Positions 46,779 to 55,513 of a DNA stretch of 64,000 nucleotides are shown here, one piece after another. The stretch is from Dehalococcoidia bacterium (GTDB taxonomy: Bacteria > Chloroflexota > Dehalococcoidia > Plut-88900): positions 992,001 through 1,056,000 of the forward strand of contig OZ240215.1 of NCBI GenBank assembly GCA_965197585.1, written 5' to 3'. Every line of letters begins with the position of its first letter. Positions within the stretch are counted from its first letter, which is position 1. The notes below the pieces were generated by a model. That model had not been told where the DNA came from, did not search any database, and saw only the letters and a program-made list of their open reading frames with translations. The position numbers were made by a program, and so were the translations under genes.

Positions 46779-48233
46779 ATGGCAGACATGCTCATAACTG
46801 GCGCCACCGTCATCACCATGGACCCCGAGAGACGGGTTATAGAGGACGGGGCGGTGGCCATCGATGGCGACCGGATTACCGCAGTCGGGAGCCGAGCCGA
46901 GATCGAGGCTGCCCACCCGGCTCCCACGGTCATAGACGCCAGCAGGATGGTCTGCCTGCCAGGTCTGGTCGACGTGCACGGCCATGCGGGCCACGCCCTG
47001 GTCAAGACCATGGACCACGACTCCTTTACCCGCTGGCGGGAAACCGTCGAGCTTATCTACGCCGAGGGTGTCGACGAAGAATTCTGGTACGCCGAGGCCT
47101 CGCTGGCCGCGCTGGAAAGGCTGAAGTTTGGGACCACCACCGGACTCAGCTACTTCGGCGGTGGCCGAATGCTCATACGCACCGACGACCCGGTCTACGC
47201 AGAGCGGCACTGCGAGGCCGTGGCCGCGGTCGGCATCCGAGAGTTTCTGGCCGTGGGCCCGTGCTCTCCCCCCTTCCCGCGACGCTTTGTCCGGTGGGAC
47301 GCCGACGGCAAGAACGAATATCTCGCTGACTTCGATCGTCAAATGGCAACGACTGAGGACATCGTCAACAGGTGGAACGGCGGGGCCGACGGTCGTATAA
47401 GCGTCTGTCTGACCTCGTCGACGATGAACATGTCGCGGCCACCGTACGCGGGCTTGCCTATGAATGAACTGAAGGCCGAGGCACGGGCCGTCCGAGACTT
47501 GGTGGACCGGCTTGGAGTTCTGTTGACTCAGGATGGTCACAGCACCGGAACAATAGCGTTCGCTCATAAGGAGTTGGGAATCCTCGGACCGAACGTGATT
47601 CTATCGCACAGCGTGGGTCTCACCGACGAGGAGATCGCCATCTGCGCCGAAACCGACACAAAAATAGCCCACAACCCCAGCTCTCCAAACTCCTATCCGG
47701 CACGCTGCCCCGTACCCCAGCTTCTCGACGCTGGTGTGACGGTCGCCTTGGGGTCGGATGCGGCCTCACCGGACATGAACTACGACATGTTCCGCCACAT
47801 GTACTCGTGCATGAGGCAGCACCGTGCGCAGTTCGGCGAAGGGGCATACATCCCACCCGGAAAGGCCCTGGAGATGGCGACTATAGACGGGGCACGGGCC
47901 TTGGGGATGGAATCTGAGATCGGGTCGCTGGAGCCGGGCAAGAAGGCAGACCTGATCCTGGTGGACATGGACAAGCCTCACCTTTACCCACTAAACATGC
48001 CCGTCCACAGGATCACCAACTTCGCCGGTGGGCAGGACGTAGACACCGTGATAGTGGACGGCAAGGTACTGATGCAGGGCCGAGTCGTGAGCACGGTGGA
48101 CGAGTCGGAGGTTTTGGCTCGTGCGCAACAGGCAACCGAGACCATGCTTGAACGCACAGGCCTGCAATCAAGCCTGGGGATGGGAGAGGGGTTCTGGGGC
48201 AAGAGTCGTTACCCGGGGGCCTGGGACGAGTAG
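46779..48233 (+). CDS. Amidohydrolase, SsnA/MtaD deaminase-like
   Basis: PGLVDVHGH, GTTT, SHSV, HNPSS, LGSD, GSLEPGKKAD. Confidence 0.88.
   Translation: MADMLITGATVITMDPERRVIEDGAVAIDGDRITAVGSRAEIEAAHPAPTVIDASRMVCLPGLVDVHGHAGHALVKTMDHDSFTRWRETVELIYAEGVDEEFWYAEASLAALERLKFGTTTGLSYFGGGRMLIRTDDPVYAERHCEAVAAVGIREFLAVGPCSPPFPRRFVRWDADGKNEYLADFDRQMATTEDIVNRWNGGADGRISVCLTSSTMNMSRPPYAGLPMNELKAEARAVRDLVDRLGVLLTQDGHSTGTIAFAHKELGILGPNVILSHSVGLTDEEIAICAETDTKIAHNPSSPNSYPARCPVPQLLDAGVTVALGSDAASPDMNYDMFRHMYSCMRQHRAQFGEGAYIPPGKALEMATIDGARALGMESEIGSLEPGKKADLILVDMDKPHLYPLNMPVHRITNFAGGQDVDTVIVDGKVLMQGRVVSTVDESEVLARAQQATETMLERTGLQSSLGMGEGFWGKSRYPGAWDE
48159..48233 (+). repeat. 75-bp direct repeat, copy 1 (3' end of the amidohydrolase gene)
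   Basis: 71/75 identical to 49570-49644 by hand alignment. Confidence 0.92.
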
Positions 48234-48241
48234 GGGATAAA

Positions 48242-48688
48242 TTGAGCGTGACACAGGAAGACTTTGACGCCCTTCTCGCCGACGATACAAAGTCGATATT
48301 GGGAGACATTACATGGCGGAATGATGTTGACCATTCGCCAGCACAGGAATTCAGTGCAAAGGTTAAGACGGATGCCGGATATCGGCTATCCATAGAAGGC
48401 TACTATAACCCTCTAGCCGGCAAGCTCTCTTATGCGATAATTGTTCGTGGCGAGGCTCGCTTATATGCCCTTGATCTAGGCGCGGATCATCGTAATCCCG
48501 ACGGGATACGAGTAGGTGAGAAACACAAGCACTACTGGCGAGAAGGCTACCGTGACAAATGGGCATACGTTCCAAGGGATATCACCGAGACCTGGGACAA
48601 ACCGGTAGGCGTGTGGCGTCAGTTCTGCGTTGAGGCAAAGCTGTCGCATTCGGGTAAGATGTTGCAACCTTCAGTGCAGGGGGAATGA
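48242..48688 (+). CDS. Hypothetical protein, DUF6978-like, His-rich motif
   Basis: LD...HRNPDG..VG.KHKH.W.E...DKWAY. Confidence 0.65.
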   Translation: MSVTQEDFDALLADDTKSILGDITWRNDVDHSPAQEFSAKVKTDAGYRLSIEGYYNPLAGKLSYAIIVRGEARLYALDLGADHRNPDGIRVGEKHKHYWREGYRDKWAYVPRDITETWDKPVGVWRQFCVEAKLSHSGKMLQPSVQGE

Positions 48689-48692
48689 TGCT

Positions 48693-49538
48693 ATGAATGC
48701 CATTGAACTCTGTTCATCCATCGCTATGACTATGCCGCCCCTATTCGAATGTTCACCGGCCCCACAGGAGGGCATTCGTGTGCGCACCCCCCTAATGTAC
48801 CCTGACGGGGGGATGATAGATGTATTTGTCTTGGAGCGCGACAAAGAATACATCCTTACGGACTTCGGCGAGGCATTGGGTTGGCTCAGAATGCTATCTT
48901 CCAATGCTCGACGAACAGCAAAGCAACAGCTACTGGTAGAAGACATTTGCCAGACTCTAGGTATTGAACTGTCTCGTGGGCAGCTGACGTTGCGATGCAG
49001 AATGCGGGCGCTGCTGGCAGAACACGTCCTCCGTGTTGCTCAAGCGGTTGTGCGGGTTTCCGACCTGTGGTTTACCCTGCCCAATAGGTCCCTGCAGGTC
49101 CCCGCTGAAGTGGCGGCGTTGGCCTCCGGGCCGCAGACTGCCCTGCGCGGTATGTCCCAGCAGGACACCGCCAACGAGGTCGACAAATGGCTGTCCGCAA
49201 GGAATATACATTTTGAACGTGAAGTTACTCGAACCGGTAGGTCGGGACAAAGCTGGAGGGTTGACTTTGAGACCTACACTTATGAACGTACGGCCCTTAT
49301 CTTTCTTTTGAGTGCTGGAAACCGTAGAGCTACACGCAGGATAACTGAGCACACCTTGGCTGGATGCGTAGACTTGACTGACCTACAGAACAACCGGCCT
49401 TCTCTAGTATTAGTCTCCCTATTCGACGATAGAAAAAACATATGGAGCGCACAGGATTTCACCTTGATGGATCGTTTTGCTAAAGTCGCCCGATGGTCGC
49501 AACAGGATGAACTGGAGCGCATCCTCACCACGAGATGA
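48693..49538 (+). CDS. DUF1828-like protein
   Basis: RTPLMYPDGG.ID, LTDFGE, QAVVRVSD, GRSG..WRVDF. Confidence 0.65.
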   Translation: MNAIELCSSIAMTMPPLFECSPAPQEGIRVRTPLMYPDGGMIDVFVLERDKEYILTDFGEALGWLRMLSSNARRTAKQQLLVEDICQTLGIELSRGQLTLRCRMRALLAEHVLRVAQAVVRVSDLWFTLPNRSLQVPAEVAALASGPQTALRGMSQQDTANEVDKWLSARNIHFEREVTRTGRSGQSWRVDFETYTYERTALIFLLSAGNRRATRRITEHTLAGCVDLTDLQNNRPSLVLVSLFDDRKNIWSAQDFTLMDRFAKVARWSQQDELERILTTR

Positions 49539-49569
49539 CCATCCTCACCGAAACCGGTGTCGAGTGGGG

Positions 49570-49644
49570 GGCCTGCAATCGAGCCTGGGGATGGGGGAGG
49601 GGTTCTGGGGCAAGAGTCGGTACCCGGGGGCCTGGGACGGGTAG
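49570..49644 (+). repeat. 75-bp direct repeat, copy 2 (displaced gene end)
   Basis: Encodes GLQSSLGMGEGFWGKSRYPGAWDG* with no upstream gene body. Confidence 0.92.
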
Positions 49645-49770
49645 TAACCAAGTTGTTTTTATTGCCGCTATAATGCAAGCCACCCTCGTCGCTTTGCGCT
49701 AGAGGGGCAGGCTTGGCGGCAAGGAAACGGAAAGTGTCCTCGGTTTGCGATTTCACCAGGAGGTGTAGGG

Positions 49771-50952
49771 ATGATAGAAAGATTTAGTATTCTGTATGCA
49801 GGCCACGTCAATGTCGATAATCTCGGATATGCCGGGACCCCGGCCAACGAGCGTTTTCTTTCGGACGAGGACCTCGCCTCGGCCCTCACCATTACCGATG
49901 AATTAGCTCAGACCGCCGACCGGCTCGGGTATCACACCCTGTGGATGGCGGAACACCACTTCCAGCGGGAAGGGTACGAGTGTCTGCCCAACCTCCTGAT
50001 GCAGAGCGTGCACCTGGCGCACATCACCAAGAACCTGAAATTCGGGTGCGCATTCAATGTGCCGCCCATGTGGAATCCACTGCGTCTCGCCGAGGACTAC
50101 GCCCTGGCCGACCACCTGACCGACGGCAGGGTCATCTTCGGGGTGGGGCGCGGGTATCATACCCGGGAGGTGGAGTCCTTCGGCGCGCCCATGCTGGACA
50201 GAGACGCGAACAGGGACTATTTCGAAGAGCAGGTGGAGGTCATTTTCAAGGCCTTTAACAACCGCTCCTTCTCCCACCACGGCAAATACTTCGATATCCC
50301 TCCCAAGGTGCCTTACCGCGGCTACGAATTGGAGGAAATAACCCTGGTCCCCAGGCCCAAACACCTGCCCGTTGAGTGCTGGCAGCCTATAGTGAGCTCC
50401 AACCCGCGAGGCATTGATTTCATGATCAAGCACGGGATCAAGGCCATCTCGGGTGGGGGCGCAGCCCCCGGCGGCGCCTCCCGGAGGGTTGTGGAGCTTT
50501 GGAGAGACTCACTGGTCAAGGCGGGCCGAGACGCGGCGCTTGGAGAAGACTTGATCATCGGCGAAAAATTCCACATAGCCGACAGCAGAGAGAAAGCCAT
50601 TGAAGAGGCTAGGCCCTACTTCGAGGAAAACACGAAGATGTTCGGTCCCTTGGGATTCGTCGGAGGCCTGACCGACGAGCAGAAGAAGGGCTTGGAAAAT
50701 CCGACACAGGAGCTTTGGGCCAGCCTGCCCACCATCGAAGACGACGTCCGGTCGGGGAACTTCCTGTGCGGCACTCCGGAGCAGGTAATCGAACCTCTGA
50801 TGCTGCTTCAGGACCTCTATCCCGGTCTGCGGGAGATCAACATCCAACCCATGATATCAACACCCTCGAAGGTCATCCTCGAGCAGATCGAGTGGTTTGC
50901 CAAAGAAGTGATGCCGGCTTTTCAGGTGAAACAGCCCAGTGCGGCCGGCTGA
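49771..50952 (+). CDS. LLM-class flavin-dependent oxidoreductase
   Basis: WMAEHHFQ, PLRLAED, GVGRGYH. Confidence 0.9.
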   Translation: MIERFSILYAGHVNVDNLGYAGTPANERFLSDEDLASALTITDELAQTADRLGYHTLWMAEHHFQREGYECLPNLLMQSVHLAHITKNLKFGCAFNVPPMWNPLRLAEDYALADHLTDGRVIFGVGRGYHTREVESFGAPMLDRDANRDYFEEQVEVIFKAFNNRSFSHHGKYFDIPPKVPYRGYELEEITLVPRPKHLPVECWQPIVSSNPRGIDFMIKHGIKAISGGGAAPGGASRRVVELWRDSLVKAGRDAALGEDLIIGEKFHIADSREKAIEEARPYFEENTKMFGPLGFVGGLTDEQKKGLENPTQELWASLPTIEDDVRSGNFLCGTPEQVIEPLMLLQDLYPGLREINIQPMISTPSKVILEQIEWFAKEVMPAFQVKQPSAAG

Positions 50953-51015
50953 ATGGACGTAGAGAGCAATGGGCCTAGATTCCATCTCGACTCAGACTCG
51001 TAGGAGCAAGCGAAC

Positions 51016-52239
51016 ATGAAGGTTTCCTATTTCCATTTGATGCCGTACCAGGACCTGCCCCGGGACTTCGAGTCCCGGTACCACAGCGCGTGGGTCGACC
51101 TGCCCAACGAGCACTTCGACTCGGCGAAGGGTGGACAGTACTACAAAGACTACTTAGCACAGCTCCAGCACGCAGACCAGCTGGGCTTCGACGGCATCTG
51201 CGTCAACGAGCACCACGGCAATGCCTATGGCCTGATGCCCTCACCGAACCTGATGGCGAGCATCCTGACCCAGACCACGTCCGACGCGGCGCTCATAGTG
51301 CTGGGCAACAGCCTCGCTCTCTACCAGCCACCGCTCAGGGTAGCGGAAGAGATGGCTATGCTCGACATAATGAGCGGTGGCAGGCTCGTAGCGGGGTTCC
51401 CGGTGGGAACCTCGATGGACACTACGTTCTCCTATGGACAGGTCCCGTTGCAACTGCGGGAACGCCACGCCGAGGCACACGACCTGATTATGAAGTCGTG
51501 GACGGAGAGAAAACCCTTCGCCTTCAACGGGAAGTACACCAAGCTGCGGTACGCGAACGTCTGGCCCCGACCCCTACAGAAGCCTCACCCACCGGTCTGG
51601 ATACCGGGAAGCGGGAGTTTGGAGACGTGGGACTGGGTGCTTAACCACAACTACGTCTACTGCTACCTGAGCTACTTCGGGTACCAGAGGGCCGAGAAAG
51701 TGGTGCAGGGCTACTGGAACACCGTCGCCGAGCGGGGCATCGACGACAACCCACACAGGTTTGGGTTCCTTCAGTTGGTGTGTGTCTCGGAGACGGATGA
51801 GCAGGCGGAAAAGGACTACGCGGAGCACGTGAAGTACTTCTACCAGAAGATGCTCTGGATACACCCGCCCTTTGCGGAGGCGCCCGGGTACCGGTCGATA
51901 AACTCGATGCGGAATTCGGCAAGAGCGCAGACGGGAAAGGAAGCGGCAAAAGCAGCGCTGGAGATGGGCTGGAAGGACTACGTGGAGAAGGGGCACATCA
52001 TCGCCGGGAGCCCGAGCACCGTGCGTGAACAGCTCACCGACGCCGTCAAGAGGCTCAGGATCGGCCACCTGATGTGCCTGCTGCACATTGGCAGTATGCC
52101 CGACGATATAGCCCGCAAGAACACGGAGCTCTTTGCCAAGGAAGTCATGCCGGGCCTCCAGGGATTGTTCAGCGAGTACGACGACCCGTGGTGGCCGCAA
52201 GCCGTGTCGAGACCCGTGGCGGCTCCTACGGTAGGCTAA
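51016..52239 (+). CDS. LLM-class flavin-dependent oxidoreductase
   Basis: NEHH, PSPNL, PLRVAEE, PRPLQKPHPP. Confidence 0.9.
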   Translation: MKVSYFHLMPYQDLPRDFESRYHSAWVDLPNEHFDSAKGGQYYKDYLAQLQHADQLGFDGICVNEHHGNAYGLMPSPNLMASILTQTTSDAALIVLGNSLALYQPPLRVAEEMAMLDIMSGGRLVAGFPVGTSMDTTFSYGQVPLQLRERHAEAHDLIMKSWTERKPFAFNGKYTKLRYANVWPRPLQKPHPPVWIPGSGSLETWDWVLNHNYVYCYLSYFGYQRAEKVVQGYWNTVAERGIDDNPHRFGFLQLVCVSETDEQAEKDYAEHVKYFYQKMLWIHPPFAEAPGYRSINSMRNSARAQTGKEAAKAALEMGWKDYVEKGHIIAGSPSTVREQLTDAVKRLRIGHLMCLLHIGSMPDDIARKNTELFAKEVMPGLQGLFSEYDDPWWPQAVSRPVAAPTVG

Positions 52240-52258
52240 AAGATTTCGGAGAAGACAC

Positions 52259-53053
52259 TTGGTCGAATATAAAGAAACAACGCTCTCCTTGCGTGGAGGC
52301 AAGTTCGAGATTCAGCTCGTGGAAGGGGGCTCGGGGCCCGATTTGCTCTACCTGCACGGGGAGCATGGGTTCCCGGGGTGGGCCCCATTCATCGACGCCC
52401 TGGCCGAAAAGTTCCACGTCTATGCTCCGGCCCATCCGGGTGTCGCTGAATCCATTGGCCTGGAGGAATTGGACGACTTGTGGGACTTGGTCTTGTTCTA
52501 TGAAGAGCTGATGACGGGGCTGGGAATCGAGGGCGCTGGAGTCGTGGGCCATTCCTACGGCGGCATGGTGGCTGCCGAGCTGGCAGCGCACAGGAAGGAC
52601 CTCGTGTCCAGGTTGGCATTAGTGGCATCCCTCGGTCTTTGGCGGGATGAAGCCCCTACCTTGGACTTCTTCACTCTGACACCATCAGAAGAGGCGAATG
52701 CCTTTTGCTTTGACCCCGAAAGTAAAGCAGCAAAGTCGGCCTTCGCAGTGCCGTCAGACCCAGAGGCCAAGAAAGAGGCGATGATCGAGCGGGCCAAAAC
52801 CCTATCGTCTATCGGCAAGTTCATCTGGCCCATCCCCGACCGCGGGCTGCCGAAGAGAGCGCATCGTATCGGAGCGCCGACGCTGCTGGTGTGGGGCGAC
52901 TCGGACAGGATAGTGCCGCCGGAATACGGGAATGCGTTTCAGGACCTGATTGCCGGTGCAGAGCTGCAGGTGATCGAGAACTGTGGTCACCTGCCCCAAT
53001 ACGAGCGGCCTGAGGCATTCGTGTCGGCAGTGTCGGCATTCATGACTCGATAA
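52259..53053 (+). CDS. Alpha/beta hydrolase
   Basis: GHSYGG nucleophile elbow, WGDSD, CGH. Confidence 0.9.
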   Translation: MVEYKETTLSLRGGKFEIQLVEGGSGPDLLYLHGEHGFPGWAPFIDALAEKFHVYAPAHPGVAESIGLEELDDLWDLVLFYEELMTGLGIEGAGVVGHSYGGMVAAELAAHRKDLVSRLALVASLGLWRDEAPTLDFFTLTPSEEANAFCFDPESKAAKSAFAVPSDPEAKKEAMIERAKTLSSIGKFIWPIPDRGLPKRAHRIGAPTLLVWGDSDRIVPPEYGNAFQDLIAGAELQVIENCGHLPQYERPEAFVSAVSAFMTR

Positions 53054-53072
53054 GGACAAAAGGAGAAATAAC

Positions 53073-54194
53073 ATGGCTGCGTACAGGGTGATCTCCTCCG
53101 ACTCCCACATAATCGAACCACCCGACCTGTGGACGGCGAGGGTCGAGGGCCGGTTCAAGGAAAAGGCCCCGAGAGTTGTCTCGGAAGAGAATGGGGACTG
53201 GTGGTACATAGACGGACATCGCACCAACTCCTTTCAGAGCGGCGCTTTCGCAGGCGTGCGTTTCGACAACCCGGAAGACCTGCGGATGAGCGCCAAGTGG
53301 GAGAACGTTCGGCCCGGCGGCTTCATGATCGACGACAGGATCAAGGACCTTGACGCCGATGGCGTGGACGGCGAGGTGATTTACCCGACAGAAGGGCTGC
53401 TGGCCTACAACACCGGAGACCCGGAGCTGCTAACAGCGATATGCGCCACCTACAACGAAGCGATGTCCGAGTTCTGTAGCCCCGCCCCCGACCGGCTCAA
53501 GGGCATCGCCATGATCAACGTCGACGATGTCGGGAGTGCGGTGAAGGAGATGAACAGGAGCCGGCAGTTGGGACTCGTTGGTGCGATGATTACAGTCTAT
53601 CCGACCGAAGACAAGTCCTACGACCGGCCCGAATACGAACCGTTCTGGGAGGCCGCCGAGGAACTGGGAATGCCGCTGAGCCTCCACGTCGCTACCGGCC
53701 GGCCGGGACCCGGGCAGGAGTTCCAGGACCCGACCAACGTGCGGCCCGCGTTCTTCGCCACCGCCGATTACTGGGTGCGTGTATCGTTGGCCCACATGAT
53801 CTTCTCGGGTGTTTTTGAACGGCACCCGGGGCTGAAGGTGATATCTGTGGAGCATGAGGTGGCGTGGGCGCCCTTCTTCATCGAGTTGCTGGACTACACC
53901 TACACCCAACGCGCCCACCGGGGCCCCGGATGGCGGCGCTTCAAGCCGGGCGTATTGCCCAGCCACTTCTTCCGGTCCAACATTCTGATCAGTTTCCAGG
54001 AGGACGGACGAGGTATCAATGACCGCGCTGCGATAGGCGTCGACAACCTGATGTGGGGATCAGACTACCCGCACACGGAGTCGACGTTCCCGAGGTCTCG
54101 GCAGATCCTGGACGAGATCCTGGCCGGCGTCCCCGAGTATGAGAAGGCGAAGATAGCCGGAGGCAACGCCGCCCGGCTGTACAACTTCAACTAG
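53073..54194 (+). CDS. Amidohydrolase_2 family protein
   Basis: ISSDSH, SLHV, MWGSDYPHTES, NAARLY. Confidence 0.9.
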   Translation: MAAYRVISSDSHIIEPPDLWTARVEGRFKEKAPRVVSEENGDWWYIDGHRTNSFQSGAFAGVRFDNPEDLRMSAKWENVRPGGFMIDDRIKDLDADGVDGEVIYPTEGLLAYNTGDPELLTAICATYNEAMSEFCSPAPDRLKGIAMINVDDVGSAVKEMNRSRQLGLVGAMITVYPTEDKSYDRPEYEPFWEAAEELGMPLSLHVATGRPGPGQEFQDPTNVRPAFFATADYWVRVSLAHMIFSGVFERHPGLKVISVEHEVAWAPFFIELLDYTYTQRAHRGPGWRRFKPGVLPSHFFRSNILISFQEDGRGINDRAAIGVDNLMWGSDYPHTESTFPRSRQILDEILAGVPEYEKAKIAGGNAARLYNFN

Positions 54195-54212
54195 TCTTAC
54201 CCACCCCCCGCC

Positions 54213-54360
54213 GTCATTCCTGCGGAGGCAGGTCGCAGATGCGCCAAGGCGTGAAACCATCCCTCCTGAAGGCGCACCCCCCGCCGAGCCGGAATCCATC
54301 CCTGGGGCCGAGGGGCCGCTCACCCTGAGCTCCGTCGAAGGGTCGAGCGGGGGGGGGCCG
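54213..54360. repeat. Cluster of REP-like palindromes, homologous to 15604-15750
   Basis: GTCATTCCTGCGGAGGCAGG; CCGCTCACCCTGAGCTCCGTCGAAGGGTCGAGCGGGGGG. Confidence 0.7.
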
Positions 54361-54394
54361 CACTTGCCGACCCGTCGCGCCCGCCCCCCAAAAA

Positions 54395-55082
54395 TGACAC
54401 GAACCCCTTGACCAAACTTGTACACATGTACTATATTCACCCCCGATAGGCCAATCACTCACCCTAAACCCAAAGGAGGAACCACAACCCAGGGGGAAGC
54501 CCACCCGACCCCACCCGAGGACTCAACGCCTAAGCCCATCCCAACGGCCCTCGCGCAGGCCCGCGGCACAAGCAAACGACGCCATCTCCTCTTACCGGGC
54601 CCCGTGCCCCCTTCCCTGACCACTAGGCGATGGAAGACGCCCTGGACCGTACTTGAAAGTCTCCTTACGGAGCAACCTTGTCCTATGGAGCGGAACGGGG
54701 CAGCCCGTAGCCGAGGCCCGCTCGGCTCTCCGTCCGCTTCCTCAAATAAACTGGGCTGCCGTCGTCTCCCGGCTCCGGGACATCGTCGGCTAACTGGATA
54801 CCCCGTACTCCTGCGAGGGGAACTGACCCTGGACTTTCCCCTTCCTGCACCCGCCTCCGGCGGACAGCGCAGCCAACCCTGTATCGGAGCCTATGACGGA
54901 TGACGGACCCGTACGTCCGACCATACTTCCAGGTCTAGGCGGCGGCGGAGCCCCGTCCCCACGTTCCCGGGATGCCTCCATGCCCGCATTATCTAAATAT
55001 AGGGAGCCGAATCCGGCAAGCGTCTTTCATCGCCTTCCCCCTACTACACCAAACCGAAACCCCAACACCCAATCGAAGATGG
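54395..55082 (+). ncRNA. Candidate structured non-coding element, copy 2 of 2
   Basis: Homologous to 16964-17625; inverted repeat 54625-54640 / 55020-55035. Confidence 0.4.
54408..54437 (+). promoter_or_regulatory. Sigma70-like promoter with LexA-like box (copy 2)
   Basis: TTGACC-18 nt-TATATT; GTAC-ACAT-GTAC at 54420-54431. Confidence 0.55.
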
Positions 55083-55209
55083 AACATCCGCCTCTGGAGG
55101 ACTGAATAACCCACCCCCCTCACCCGAGGGGAGCCTGTCCGCCTTAGGCGGATCATTCCCGACCCCGATCGTGACTCCCTGTGTTGGAAGACGCCTTGGA
55201 ACGTAGTGG

Positions 55210-55467
55210 CTACACCCCCTCTGGGCGGCGGGCCAGGGCCGACTCTATGGCGGTGACCAGGGCCATCGCCGACTCCGGCGTGAGTTCCACGGCCACCCTC
55301 GCGCTCAGACCCCTGTCCTCATTCACGAAGCTGATGTTGAGTGAATGGTCCATGGGGGCGTGATAGGGGTGGTCATAGGTGACGTTGGCCTGCTTTAGCG
55401 GGAACCAACCCTGGTGCCCCTTCCCACTCCCCGAGACTTCAACCTTTTCGACAATCATGGTGCACAT
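55210..55467 (-). CDS. Small conserved protein, DUF6295-like
   Basis: MCT...GSGKG..GWF...YDHPYHAP..H.LNI.F...RVAVEL. Confidence 0.75.
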   Translation of the reverse strand: MCTMIVEKVEVSGSGKGHQGWFPLKQANVTYDHPYHAPMDHSLNISFVNEDRGLSARVAVELTPESAMALVTAIESALARRPEGV

Positions 55468-55513
55468 GTTTTTCTCCAGCGTGATTAGACTCAACTCTGA
55501 GTAGGCATGAACG

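Noticed and set aside
49520-49549. Short tandem CATCCTCACC duplication at the end of the DUF1828-like gene
   Set aside because: Only 10 bp; it may be a junction scar but cannot be distinguished from chance.
54572-54620. GCA AAC GAC (A-N-D) in the repeated unit resembles the start of a tmRNA tag
   Set aside because: There is no ALAA-type ending, no AU-rich resume context and no tRNA-like ends; copy 1 reads A-N-H.
54418-55105. ORFs 54418-54903 and 54893-55105, and 17237-17488 / 17298-17612 in copy 1
   Set aside because: They are Pro-rich, low-complexity and not conserved between copies. PPxADxAA and VFHR do share a frame in both copies, so a pseudogene origin remains an alternative.
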